Source of the DNA: Octopus sinensis
Lineage: Eukaryota
Reading direction: 5' to 3'
NCBI RefSeq assembly: GCF_006345805.1
Contig: NC_043014.1
Coordinates: 47,244,001-47,308,000 of the forward strand
Length of the DNA stretch: 64,000 nt
A program made the translations under genes and the position numbers. A model generated the notes under the pieces. The model ran no database searches and was not told where the DNA came from. It was given only the letters and a program-made list of their open reading frames with translations. Position 1 is the stretch's first letter. The number at the start of each line of letters is the position of its first letter. Of the stretch, positions 24,795-38,240 are shown in pieces.

Positions 24795-26964
24795 TGATTA
24801 TTATATGATTATTATATGAACAAAGTTCTTCTAACTTGGTGACAACACGTTAATACAATATTCATATTGTTCAGCTCCATCTATGAAAGAGGAGGGGTAG
24901 GCATGAGCTGGTGCAGTGGTTTACAACTTCACTGCTCAGTCACATTAGCTGCAGTTTCAATCTCACTCCACTGCACCTTGAGCAAGGGTCGAATAAAAAT
25001 ACCTGCTGGTATTTATTTCGTGCAAGTTGAGTTGATGTGAGGTAAGTTAATGTTTCCCCTTGGTTTGACATGTTTTTCAGGGAAGATTGAGCGCAACATG
25101 CATGATGGTCACACTTGTTTACGACTATCATGCAATGTCAAGGAGGCAGTAACTAACACACATACACCCATCTACCCGCACATACATACATACATACCCG
25201 TCCACCCATACATAAATACATACATACATCTAAGATGAGTTTTTTTCAGGTTTTGTCTACCAAATCACAAGGCTTTGGTTGGCCTGGGGCTGTAGAAGAA
25301 GACACTTGCATGAGGTGTCATGCAGTGGAACTGAACCCCAAACCATGTGGTTGGGAAGCAAATTTCCTATCACACAGCCACACAAGCCCATACACACACA
25401 CACACTCACATGCGTGCACACACACACTCACATGCGTGCACACACACACTCACATTCGTGCGCACACACACACTCATGCGTGCACACACACACTCACATG
25501 CGTGCACACACACACACTCACACACACACACACACACACACACACAATGTCTTACATACAAAATGTCCTACACATACACACACACACATATACAATATCC
25601 TACACATGAACAATCACATAAATGTTTCACACACACACACACAATGTCCTGAACACATAAAATGTCCTACACACATACACACACACACACATCTAAAATG
25701 TCCTATTCACATGTATACAGCCCTAAAAACAGGGTTTCCCTCTTATTAACCTACTTTACTCCAGTGGTATGTTACGGTAAGTAACCTGACACTGTTGATT
25801 GGACACATACACACATTCATACATACATAATTATAGATATGCTCACACAGACATGCATCCACACACACACACATATCTACGCAGGCTTTAATGATATTGG
25901 AAAGAGATAGAAAAATAGTGATATCTTTGCCACCCCCACCCTGGCCTCCTCCTACAGTTACACCCCCTCCTACCCTCAGCCTACTTCTCCCTTTATATAT
26001 TTTTTCAACTGAATATTCCTGTCTTTTAGCTGTGTCTGGGGCACCACCACCACCACACTAATAATAATAATCCTTTCTACTATAGGAACAAAGGCCTGAA
26101 ATTTTGGCGGGAGGAGACTAGTTGATTACATTGACCCCCATCCAGTACTCAACTGGTACTTAATCTATCCACTCCAAATGGATAAAAGGCTAAGTCAGCC
26201 TTGGTGGAATTTGAACTCAGAACGTAAAGCTGGAAGAACTGACTGCTCAGCATTTTCTCCGGCATGCTAACAGTTCTGCCAGTTTGCTCCTGTTATAAAA
26301 ATTTTGTAGCAGGCACATATTTTAATGTTGTTGGGACGTAGGTGATTCTATTGGACTCAATATTTAGTTGGAACTAACTTTATCAAGCCCTAACATCTAA
26401 AATGTGAAGTTGATCTCAGCAGGGTTTGAACTGTGAACTCTGTGCTCTGTAATGAAATGCCATAAAATATTTTATTTGCTACCAGTAATGTTTAGCATTG
26501 ATTCATTCTGTAAAGATGTTTTATTCAGATTCTAAGATTTATAAAACGTTATGTAGCATTTGTACCTTTCTATTTTATTGTAATAACTGTTGGTTTTTAC
26601 CAAGAGTACTAAAAGGTATTGGACTAATCCATTTAAAAGCTAGTCCATTGAAATCTTGTACACAAAATATTCTCAATTAGTTAAAATTTGTTTTAGTGTG
26701 AGGAAGAAAATAAAAGCCTAATGGTGGTTGTTAGCAACTGTCAAAAGGAAGGGAGATAAGTAAGAGTTAACTTCGATGTAAATTTACTTGTTTAGAGGAA
26801 GAAATACATGGTTTTCTGTTTTCTGGTGAAGGGGACAACTATATTCATGTTTCATCCTAGTAGACTCTCATCAGCAGAATCTAACCAAGCTTGGTAATCA
26901 GTTGACAGATATTTTTACATAAAACAGGAATTTTAAGTTAATGAACTATCTGTTTATAGGTAAT

Positions 26965-27237
26965 CATCATCATCATCATCGTCCGTTCTCCATGCTAGCA
27001 TAGGTTGGACGGTTCAACTGGGGATCTGGGAAGCCAGAAGGCTGCACCAGGCTCCAGTCTGATCTGGCAGTGTTTCTACAGCTGGATGCCCTTCCTAACG
27101 CCAACCACTCCATGAGTGTAGTGGGTGCTTTTTAGGTGCCACTGGCACAGGTGCCAGATGAGGCTGGCAAACGGTCACGATCGGATAGTGCTTTTTACGT
27201 GCCACCGGTACGGAGGCCAGGCGAGGCTGGCAACGGC
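26965..27237 (-). mobile_element. Family 3 copy with 47-bp TSD
   Basis: Exact direct repeat 26918-26964 / 27238-27284. Confidence 0.9.
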
Positions 27238-27683
27238 CATAAAACAGGAATTTTAAGTTAATGAACTATCTGTTTATAGGTAATGTATATTCAATTCTTC
27301 TGCCTATAATTCTTTTTGTCTAGGCAGATACTATATTCCACGTTAGCTCAGATAACCTAGATGGCAGTGGATATCAGATCATAAGGGGATGTTAATCTGT
27401 GATAGACTAACCTCATATCCAGGAGATTTAGCTCTCATCTTCATATTATGGCATATATTGTGAAGTGAACTGAGCAGATTGTAGAGTGGATTACAAGATC
27501 CTTACCTTCACCGCAAAATGTTCCCTCTTTCAGTGGAAAGTTTTATTAATCCTGCTTACCCTTAGAACATGAACAATTTAATCATATGAAATGACTACAG
27601 TTGTTGTTTAACCCCTGGTCAGCCCTGATCTATAATCAAAGATGTGCTAGCTGTGACTATCCCGCCTTTTCTGGGGTATCTTC

Positions 27684-28758
27684 AACTACATTATCTCATG
27701 TACCCTCACCTTGTGTGATTCGAAGGAGATTTGGCTGCTATTTCTAACAGATTAAACTACCACTCCAACTACATTATCTCATGTACCCTCACCTTGTGTG
27801 ATTCGAAGGAGATTTGGCTGCTATTTCTAACAGATTAAACTACCACTCCAACTACATTATCTCATGTACCCTCACCTTGTGTGATTTGAAGGAGATTTGG
27901 CTGCTATTTCTAACAGATTAAACTACCACTCCAACTACATTATCTCATGTACCCTCACCTTGTGTGATTCGAAGGAGATTTGGCTGCTATTTCTAACAGA
28001 TTAAACTACCACTCCAACTACATTATCTCATGTACCCTCACCTTGTGTGATTCGAAGGAGATTTGGCTGCTATTTCTAACAGATTAAACTACCACTCCAG
28101 CTACATTATCTCATGTACCCTCACCTTGTGTGATTCGAAGGAGATTTGGCTGCTATTTCTAACAGATTAAACTACCACTCCAACTACATTATCTCATGTA
28201 CCCTCACCTTGTGTGATTCGAAGGAGATTTGGCTGCTATTTCTAACAGATTAAACTACCACTCCAACTACATTATCTCATGTACCTTCACCTTGTGTGAT
28301 TCGAAGGAGATTTGGCTGCTATTTCTAACAGATTAAACTACCACTCCAACTACCTTAACTCATGTACCCTCACCTTGTGTGATTCGAAGGAGATTTGGCT
28401 GCTATTTCTAACAGATTAAACTACCACTCCAACTACATTATCTCATGTACCTTCACCTTGTGTGATTCGAAGGAGATTTGGCTGCTATTTCTAACAGATT
28501 AAACTACCACTCCAACTACCTTAACTCATGTACCCTCACCTTGTGTGATTCGAAGGAGATTTGGCTGCTATTTCTAACAGATTAAACTACCACTCCAACT
28601 ACATTATCTCATGTACCTTCACCTTGTGTGATTCGAAGGAGATTTGGCTGCTATTTCTAACAGATTAAACTACCACTCCAACTACCTTAACTCATGTACC
28701 CTCACCTTGTGTGATTCGAAGGAGATTTGGCTGCTATTTCTAACAGATTAAACTACCA
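27684..28758. repeat. 83-bp tandem array, about 13 copies
   Basis: Unit aactacattatctcatgtaccctcaccttgtgtgattcgaaggagatttggctgctatttctaacagattaaactaccactcc. Confidence 0.97.
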
Positions 28759-29210
28759 AGATGAAGCTAGTTTGGAGCCAGCTCTTTGGGAAATAGAAAG
28801 GGGTTGACCTTTTTTTTATATTAGGGAGAAGAAAAAAAGCTCCCTCTACCCACCATCTCCTCCAACATGTAGAGGTTAGACAGAGCTGGAGATACCCCCA
28901 TCTCCACTGTCTACACTAAGACAGTTAGAGTGGCTGTTTGTTCCCTCTCCCCCCTTCTGATAGAGCTTTACGCCCTTTGGTATGTACCAAAGTAATTGAT
29001 GTGGGTATAGGGGCTGGACAGATAAGGCAAAAAGCACAGGGAAATTTACTTTTCCCCCTCCCCACACACTTATGTACACACGCACGCACGCGCGCGCGCG
29101 CGCACACACATACACACACGTGCATATACATACATGTACACACACATACACACTTATTCATAAGTGAGTCTTCACTAGATAATCACTACTCCAAGTTTCC
29201 TATTTCCATT

Positions 29211-29419
29211 ACTCTTTTACTTGTTTCAGTCAGTTTGACTGTGGCCATGCTGGAGCACCGCCTTTAGTCGACCAAATCGACCCGAGGACTTTTTCTTTGT
29301 AAGCCTAGTAAATTATTCTATGGGTTCTGTTTCCGAACCGCTAAGTTACGGGGACGTAAACACACCACCATCGGTTGTCAACCGATGTTGGGGAGACAAA
29401 CACAGACACACAAACATAT

Positions 29420-29450
<31 letters not shown>

Positions 29451-29800
29451 CGACGGGCTTCTTTCAGTTTCCGTCTACCAAATCCACTCACAAGGCTTTG
29501 GTCAGCCTGAGGCTATAGTAGAAGGCACTTGCCCAAGGTGTCACGCAGTGGGACTGAACCCGGAACTATGTAGCTCATAAGCAAGCAACTTACCACACAG
29601 CCACTCCTACGCCTATATATATATATTATATATATATATATATAATGACGGGCTTCTTTCAGTTTCCGTCTATCAAATCCACTCACAAGGCTTTGGTCGG
29701 CCCGAGGCTATAGTAGAAGGCACTTGCCCAAGGTGCCACGCAGTGGGACTGAACCCGGAACTGTGCGGCTCGTAAGCAAGCAACTTACCACACAGCCACT
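29211..29800 (-). mobile_element. Family 1 SINE with duplicated head region
   Basis: Head segment repeated at about 29449-29612 and 29647-29800. Confidence 0.8.
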
Positions 29801-29940
29801 CAAACTGAAGACTCACATTCAAATATATACTCCTGAACATGTATTGAATGCGTTCTCCTCCTCCCCGTGTGTGTGTGTATAGAGAGAGATGTGTACATTC
29901 TGATAGTAATAGTCTTGGTGTGTTGTGTATGTACGTATAT

Positions 29941-30360
29941 AGGCGCAGGAGTGGGTGTGTGGTAAGTAGCTTTCTAACCAACCACATGGTTCCGGGTTCA
30001 GTCCCACTGCGTGGCATCTTGAGCAAGTGTCTTCTGCTATAGCCCCGGGCTGACCAATGCCTTGTGAGTGGATTTGGTAGACGGAAACTGAAAGAAAACT
30101 GAAAGAAGCCTGTCGTATATATGTATGTGTTTGTGTTTGTACCCCTAGCATTGTGTTTGTCCCCCTAGCATTGCTTGACAATTGATGCTAGTGTGTTTAC
30201 GTTCCCGTCACTTAGCGGTTCGGCAAAAGAGACCGATAGAATAAGTACTGGGCTTACAAAGAATAAGTCCCGGGGTCGATTTGCTTGACTAAAAGGGGGT
30301 GCTCCAGCATGGCCGCAGTCAAATGACTGAAACATGTAAAAGAGTAAAAGAGAGTAAAGA
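29941..30360 (+). mobile_element. Family 1 SINE
   Basis: Full-length with two short internal duplications. Confidence 0.85.
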
Positions 30361-31068
30361 GTATATGTTACGTATACGGAGTAATTACAGGGGTTACTTG
30401 AGACGGTTGGTTTTATTTGCAATGGTGGTGATGGTGGTGGTGGTGGTGGGGCAATCTATTTTTGTCCGTTCCCGGTGTAGTGACCAGATATGTTAAGTAG
30501 ATTGCAGGAAGTATTTACAACTTGTTTTGTCTGCGGCTGCAATAACTGAGAGCCGTGTTATTAGCCTCAGCACTCACCCCGATAATCTAACCTCTGCGGA
30601 ATGTCAAAGTGACCACACTTCATTGACCTCTGTCCAATGTTTACTTTTTAATCTCACCGGGTCAGTCTAACTTTGCTATAGCTTTAATTTGTGTGTAACT
30701 TTCATGGGATGTTTACAGTGTCTAAAAGTGCAATATTCTACAAGGGTTTTTTTAGCCAATTATTTGCTATGAAATTGTTCTGGGTGTTTGTTGATCCCCT
30801 GTCCCCTTTTTTTCTTTTTCCCCCCCTTTTTTTTGTGGTACCAACTGCTTCAGTGACAACAACTTAGTCCTGTTCTTATTTTTAGTGTATCACATTCATT
30901 TAATCGCATTCTCAAATGACAATAAATGACAATATTTGCTAATTTCTCTGAAGATTAGCTGCGACATTAATGATGGAAAATTAAGTGTTGGGCATAACTA
31001 TCATATGTAATGTCCTGCGTAGTAGTTATGTCAGCAATATTTATAATTGTTGCTCTGGATTGCATGTA

Positions 31069-31122
<54 letters not shown>

Positions 31123-31502
31123 TGAGAATGTGTGTCTGTCTGTCTGTCTGTGTTTCCCTAAAACTTGAGAACTACACAACCAATTTCATTCAAATTTTAC
31201 ACATGCCTTACTTAGGGTCTGGGGAGTGTCATCAGCAAAAACAATTTTAAATGCTCCCTCCCCCCCAGAAGTAGAGGTAGGCTGGATTGTAGCCACACTT
31301 CTATACAAGAGGGAGGACAAGATACAATTGATTGAAATTACAAGAGACAGGCTAACAATCTCAGTCTGTTATATATTTTGAGTATTGTTATCACTAGCGA
31401 TATCAAGATATAACTTTGTATTTTGTATTTTATGTGTAGATGTATATATATAGATGTACATGTAATATATACACATATATATACACATATATACATGCAC
31501 TA

Positions 31503-31536
<34 letters not shown>

Positions 31537-31537
<1 letters not shown>

Positions 31538-31851
31538 CGTGGCTTAGTAGTTAGGTCTTTTGGCTCACGACTTTAGGATCGTGAGTTCCATTCCCGGCGA
31601 TGCAATGTGTCCTTGAGCAAGACACTTTATTTCACGTTGCTCCAGTCCACTCAGCTGGCAAAAATGAGTTGTACCTGTATTTCAAAGGGCCGGCCTTGTC
31701 ACACTCTGTGTCACGCTGAATCTCCCTGAGAACTACATTAGGGGTACACGTGTCTGCGGATTGCTCAGTCACTTGCATGTTAATTTCACGAGCAAGCTGT
31801 TCTGTTGATCGTATCAGCTGGGACCCTCGTCATTGTAACCGACAGAGTGCT

Positions 31852-31853
<2 letters not shown>
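31537..31853 (+). mobile_element. tRNA-head SINE (5' module B + 3' module Y)
   Basis: Shares its 3' half with the 49812 copy and cttgagcaagacactttatttcacgttgctccag with the 55480 copy; degenerate relatives near 20140-20430 and 21090-21260. Confidence 0.8.
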
Positions 31854-31934
<81 letters not shown>

Positions 31935-32409
31935 TCAGTCATTTGACTGTCGCCATGCTGGACCACTGCCATTAAGGGTTTTTTAGTCAAAGAAATCGAT
32001 CCCAGGACTTATTCTTTGTAAGCCTTGTACTTATTTTATCAGTCTTTGGCCGAACTGTTAAGTTACAGGGATGTAAACACACTAACATTGGTTGTCAAGT
32101 GATGGTGGGTGAGAAACACACACACACACACACACACATCATCATCATCATCATTTAATGCCCATTGTCCATGCTGGCATGGGTTGGACAGTTTGACTGG
32201 ACTGGCATGGTGGAAGGCTGCACCAAACTCCAGTCTGATTTGGCATGGTTTTGGTTTTCTATGGTTGGATGCCCTTCCTAACACCAAGCACTCCAAGAGT
32301 GTAGTGGGTGTTTTTACGTACCATTTGCATGACACTGGGGTGCATTTATGTGCCGCTGGCACAGGTGCCAGTTTGCGTGACACCAGTATCTGCCACAACT
32401 GCAATTTTG

Positions 32410-32458
<49 letters not shown>

Positions 32459-32463
<5 letters not shown>

Positions 32464-32758
32464 GCATATTTGCCATTTGAATATGGATAACCCATAAGGG
32501 TGGATACTACTATGAAGGGATCTGACTTCTCATCGACAACCATGATTGTCATACGCTGATGAAAGGTAAACACCTTGAAACTCGGGTACGTGTGTATCAT
32601 GTGTTGAATACGGGGAGGATGACTCCCCTTCACAAATACTGAGAGGACACAGATAGTGTGTCTATAGCCAGCTGGAGGAGATATCTTCCTGGGGCTACAA
32701 ACTACAGTAGCATCCACCCTTATGGGTTAGCCATATTCAAATGGCAAATATGCGTCAC
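32459..32758. mobile_element. MITE-like element with 55-bp inverted arms
   Basis: 32459-32513 vs 32704-32758, about 4 mismatches. Confidence 0.65.
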
Positions 32759-34252
32759 GATGTGTTATCGCTACTGTTTATAACTCGCTCTGAGATTTAT
32801 CATTATATATATATATATTCATACATGCACAATGAGCTTCTTTTAGCTTCTGTCTACTCATAAGGCTTTGGTGGGATTTTGTTTTACTCGGAACACAAAG
32901 GATCAAAGGATCATATCTGAATAGTAGGAGGTTTTTATGTCTCCAGGTCTTAATGACTCGCCGGCTGCTTCACTATGTTACGATCCCATAGTTTGCTCTC
33001 TCTCCCCCTCTCTCTCTCTCTGCCCCACCCCTCGTAGATGGCCAACAGATAATGTAGTAGACGCACATGTATGCACACACGCGTACAGATAAGCTAAAAA
33101 ACACCACCCTCACCATTCTCACCCCTCCATCTTTATCATCACTATCACCAACAATGTCACCATCTCTACCAACCAATACCATCTCCACCACCACCACCAG
33201 GACAATGACCACCACCATTCCCATCATACTATCACCACCACCACTTCCAGTCCTATTAGAAGTTTCACAAATCTACCAGCAACCAAGTATTTGATAAAAA
33301 ATCTTCACTTTTTTTTTTAAAGATATTTTTAATAGATGTGAATTAATTTTATAGTGTGAAGACTCCTTAATGTTTCCATGGTAACTGTATATTTGGTCTG
33401 TCATTGATCAGGATGTTCAGTTCTATAGGTTTGATAATTTGGCGAAGGTATGAGTGTGCGTGTGTGGGTGGGGAGGAGAAGGCTCACACCTGATAACACA
33501 GGTTTAAGAATGAAGTGTTTGGTGGTAAGAGAGGGGCATGTGCGGAAGACATGCTTATCATGAACTCTATTGCCTTATCTCTCTCTCTCTCTCTCACACA
33601 CACATAGACTCTCTCTCTCTCTCACTCTCTTAAATGTGCATGTATCCATGTTCTCATGCATACACACACACACATATACACACTCTTATGTGACACATTC
33701 TTACTTGCATAAACATATACAGATACTATATACTCTTGCACGCACATAAGACAGTGAATTGGCAGAATCGTTAGCATGCCAAGCAAAATGCTTAGCGGTA
33801 TTTTGTCTGCCGTTACGTTCTGAGTTCAAATTCCGCCATGATCGACTTTGCCTTTCATCCTTTCGGGGTCGATAAATTAAGTACTAGTTATGCACTGGGG
33901 TCGAATGTAATCGACTTAATCCCTTTGTCTGTCCTTGTTTGTCCCCTCTATGTTTAGCCCCTTGTGGGCAATAAATAAATAATACATGCACACACAGTCT
34001 TACATACACACAAATATATTCAAGAAATAAGAAGAAATCATTTATTCTGGGGTGGGGGACCTTGACTGTGAAGCTAAGAAGTTCACTTCACATTTGCAAG
34101 ATTTCAGGTTCATTCTCACTCTGTGGCATCAGTCGAGTGTTTTTCGCTATGGCCTTGGCATGACCAATGCCTGGTGAGTGAAACCGGTTGACAAAAACTG
34201 TATTGCTCACTCATAGCGCAATGTGCACACACACAATACACTCAAAATAAAA

Positions 34253-34558
34253 TCTGTATATATAAAATTCAAGTTGTGTGTGTGAGACTCTGTCTCCTCC
34301 GATTTAGATTCCTAGCTACTCCCACATTTTGCGGTGCAGTTTAACCAAAAGTAGGTATCTTATAGTCGTCATTCATATCGAGCCCTTCTGGGTATTAGCG
34401 CGCGTCTACGTTGAGTCTATGATTTAAAAAAAATTTACCATCACTTTTCCGCATTTTTAATGATTTTTGCTCTTGTTATATAAGGGAAGTAACTCTCTAA
34501 AACTGCTTATATAGTTATTTCCCTTACAAACCCAAGCAACGGCGGGCGATACTGCTAG
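34253..34558 (+). mobile_element. Non-autonomous Helitron-like element
   Basis: A|TC 5' end, GC-rich subterminal hairpin remnant cccaagcaacggcggg, CTAG|T 3' end, no TSD. Confidence 0.7.
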
Positions 34559-35298
34559 TTATTTATAAAACTAGTGAACATAAGTCTCCTTCCAAAAATG
34601 GGAGATGGCCACCTAATCAGGACATGCTAGATATAAGGATTTTTGACATCAGCTCAAAACGTTAATAATAATGGTTTCAAATTTTGCCACAAGGGCAGCA
34701 ATTTTGAGGGAGGGGATAGGTTGATTACATTGACCCCCAGTGTGCAACTGGTACTTATTTTGACCCTGAAAGGATCAAAGGCAAAGTTGATCTTGGTGGA
34801 ATTTGAACTCAGAACATAGCGACAGGCAAAATACTGCTAAGCATTTTGTCCAGCGCACTAACTAGTCTGCCAGTTCGCCCCCTTGTTTCAAATTTTGGCA
34901 CAAGGCCAGCAATTTTACGGAAAGGGAGTTAATTGATTACATCAACCCCAGTTTTTGACCAGTGCTTTATTTTATTGACCCTAGGTGGATGAAAGGCCAA
35001 GTCGACCTCAGCAGTATTTGAACTGAGAATGTAATTAGCCAGAAGAAATGCTGCTAAGCATTCTGTCCAATGCACTAAATGGTCCTGACAGCTCACTACC
35101 TTGATAATAGTTCTTCCTATTATGGGCATAAGGATTGAAATTTATATGGAGGGGTGGGGCTAATCGATTACTTTACTCCCCCAGTGTTTCATAGGGTACT
35201 TATTTTATCAACCCCGAAAGGATGGAAGTTGGCCTCAGCAGTATTTGAACTTAGGATAAAAAATCAAAGAAGTACTGCTAAGCATTTTGTCTAACATG

Positions 35299-35727
35299 CT
35301 GGGCTGGATTAAGACCCATCAAGGCCCTAAGCACTTAAAAGATTTTGGTGCCCCCATAAAAGATTATGTAATTCAAAATATAAACAACAACCAACCATAA
35401 AATAAATTTTCATTTTTCAAAATGAAACAAAACATTAGGAGGGAAAATAATGTTTATTTTTGTCTACTTCCACTTTATTTATATTTGAAAAGTTTCCTCC
35501 TACTCTTTTGAGTTGCAAAATCTTTGATCGGATCCTCAAAATTCATCTTAGGTAACATATCTGCATCTATACTTAGTAGAGATGAAAAGCATCTCGAATA
35601 TTATCTTAGCAAGTTTAAAGTGATTTCTTTTGTGCTGTAAACCATTTACCATTTCTGTGGTGCCCCCCCTCCTTCCCTTGATGCCCTAAGCACGTGTTTA
35701 TTTTACTTAATGGTTAATCCAGTGCTG
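35299..35727 (-). mobile_element. Internally deleted hAT element (Tip100/ZMYM1-like) interrupting a CORE-SINE
   Basis: Imperfect TIRs CTGGGCTGGATTAA / TTAATCCAGTGCTG; remnant LLSIDADMLPKMNFEDPIKDFATQKSRRK resembles the hAT dimerisation C-terminus. Confidence 0.7.
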
Positions 35728-36239
35728 GATGCTAATGGTTCTATCATAATAATAACGATAGCGAAGATAAGCCTTTCTACTATAAGGCAGAAGGCCTGAA
35801 ATTTTTGGAGGGAGTGTGTAGTTTATCATCACATAGATCCATCCCAGTGTTCAACCGGTGCTTATTTTATCAATCCCGAAAGGATGAAAGACAAAGTTGA
35901 CCTCAGCAGTATTTGAATTCAGAATGTATAGAGTGAGAAGAAGTGCTGCTAAACATGTTGTCCAACGTACTAATGATTCTGCCAGCTTACCACCTTCATA
36001 ATAATAACGATAATAATAATAATAATAATAATAATTTGTTTTTTTTTTTAGAAGCATTATTGTAATTGGATGAGTCTGTTTACTCTGCCTTGTCCCCTTT
36101 GCCATGCATAAACTGAGTTTCAGGAAAGCTGGCAATCATTGGTTCACATATTGGAAGAATCATCTCTCAAAACAGATGGCACCTCTCGACTAATTTAGTT
36201 ATAACAACCTTCATTATCTCAACATGAAACAGTTTACGT

Positions 36240-36291
<52 letters not shown>

Positions 36292-36974
36292 ACACACACG
36301 CATGCACACACACAGAGTATTTATTGCATATTATTTAACATAACATCAGCGATTAATGAACACGTGTCCATATATATACACATACATACATACATACAGG
36401 TGCATGCAAACATAAACATACTCATATACACACATACATACTCATATACACACACATACATACATAGACACATGCTTACCTATGTTCACACATATGCATA
36501 TATTTGCATGCACACACACACACACACACACACACATAGGGAGCTATAAGGGACTATAGGCCTAACTCTATTTAGAATAGGGCTATATAGGCCTAACTAT
36601 ATTTGTAATTAGGGCCTAACACTATTTAGAATAGGGCTCTGTAGGCTTAACACCATTATAGGGGACCATAAAGCCTAATATCAGAGCAGGACATGCTAAG
36701 CCTAATAGTTTATATTAGAGGGAACTCTAGGGTCAAACACCATTTAGAATAGGGGACTATTAGCCTAAAGGTAGAACATGGAACTATAGACCAATCATTA
36801 TTTTTCATTGCTTACAATCTGAGTTCAAATCCTGCTAACAGTTATTAACTAGGGTCTATACAAGGAGCTATGCTTTTCTCCGCCGGCTCCTTGTTGTAGT
36901 CTCCTGTTAAGAAATCATTTGTAGTAGCAATGATAGTAGTACAGTGGTAGTTGTGATGCAGTGGTGGTGGTGAT

Positions 36975-37034
36975 TTTGGTAGTGGTAATGTGGTGGTGGT
37001 GGTAGTAGTAGTAGTGGTAGAATTAGTAGTAGTT

Positions 37035-37069
<35 letters not shown>

Positions 37070-37290
37070 CGTAGTTGTAGTAGTAGTAGAAGTAGTAGTA
37101 GTAGAAGTAGTAGTAGTTGTAGTAGAAGTAGTAGTAGTAGTTGCAGTAGTAGTAGTAGTTGTAGTAGTAGTAGTAGTAGTAGTTGCAGTAGTTGTAGTAG
37201 TAGTAGTAGTAGTAGTTGTAGTAGTAGTTGTAGTACTAGTAGTAGTTGTTGTTGTTGTAGTAGAAGTAGTAGTAGTAGTAGTAATATCAG
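36975..37290. repeat. (GTA)n trinucleotide tract
   Basis: Direct reading; gives the poly-V/poly-T ORFs. Confidence 0.97.
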
Positions 37291-37810
37291 CTGTGGTAGT
37301 CATGGTGGTAGTAATCTCTGCTGGAGATCTTAGCAGTCCCCTCATCTACCCCCACCCGTCCCTCTGTAATCTCTGATATTTACCCACCTCTGCCTCCCAC
37401 ACTTCATCCTTTCCATCTGTTTTTCCACACTCCAAATATCCCAACATAGAAAGATAGAGGGCTGAAGAGAATATAATTCCTTTTTAGGGATCATATATGT
37501 GGGGTGAAAGGGGCGGAGGAGATGGGGTGGGTGGGATTTATTTCTTCTCTAATTAGTGATGGGCATATGTAATTAAGATTAGGTGGGGGTGAGGCTGAAA
37601 CGATAAAGACGGGCAGGTAAGATGAAGATTTGAAGTAGAGAAGGAGGCGCGAGTTTGAGATGTTGTGATGTGTATGTTTTCCCAAGGGCTCAAGTAATCG
37701 AAATAAAGTAGCACCTTGGTCTATCGTATTTGTAACAACAGCAACATTTCTTAAAATAAATTATTTATCATTATTATTATTAACAATAATAACAATAATA
37801 ATAGTTTCAA

Positions 37811-38240
37811 ACGCAGGAGTGGCTGTGTGGTAAGTAGCTTGCTTACCAACCACATGGTTCCGGGTTCAATCCCACTGCGTGGCACCTTGGGCAAGTGTCT
37901 TCTGCTATAGCCCCGGGCCGACCAAAGCCTTGTGAGTGGATTTAGTAAACGGAAACTGAAAGAAGCCTGTTGTATATATGTGTATATATATATATGTGTG
38001 TGTGTGTGTGTTTGTGTATCTGTGTTTGTCCCCCTTGCATTGCTTGACAACCGATGCTGGTGTGTTTATGTCCCCGTTACTTAGCGGTTCGGCAAAAAGA
38101 GACTGATAGAATAAGTACTGGGCTTACAAAAAGAATAAGTCCCGGGGTCAAGTTGCTCGATTAAAGGCGGTGCTCCAGCATGGCCGCAGTCAAATGACTG
38201 AAACAAGTAAAAGAGTAAAAGAGAGAGAGTAAAAGAGTAA
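37811..38240 (+). mobile_element. Family 1 SINE
   Basis: Full-length. Confidence 0.85.

Noticed and set aside
26845-26876. Minus-strand CTGATGA...GAAAC-ATG motif
   Set aside because: Stems I and II do not pair and there is no U-H site; too degenerate to call.
27684-28758. CRISPR-like regularity of the 83-bp array
   Set aside because: No unique spacers, no cas genes, eukaryotic context.
27608-28807. TTAA-CCCCT ... AGGGG-TTGA around the 83-bp array suggesting a piggyBac-like host
   Set aside because: Only a 5-bp inverted match and an imperfect TSD.
30380-30720. Repeat-free intronic block with Fox and nuclear-receptor-like motifs (similarly 47140-47270)
   Set aside because: Short motifs occur by chance; needs conservation or chromatin data.
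36845-37376. Poly-T/poly-V ORFs (also poly-T/G/V at 48941-49528) resembling mucins or Gly-rich proteins
   Set aside because: Pure trinucleotide tracts, open on both strands, with no splice context.
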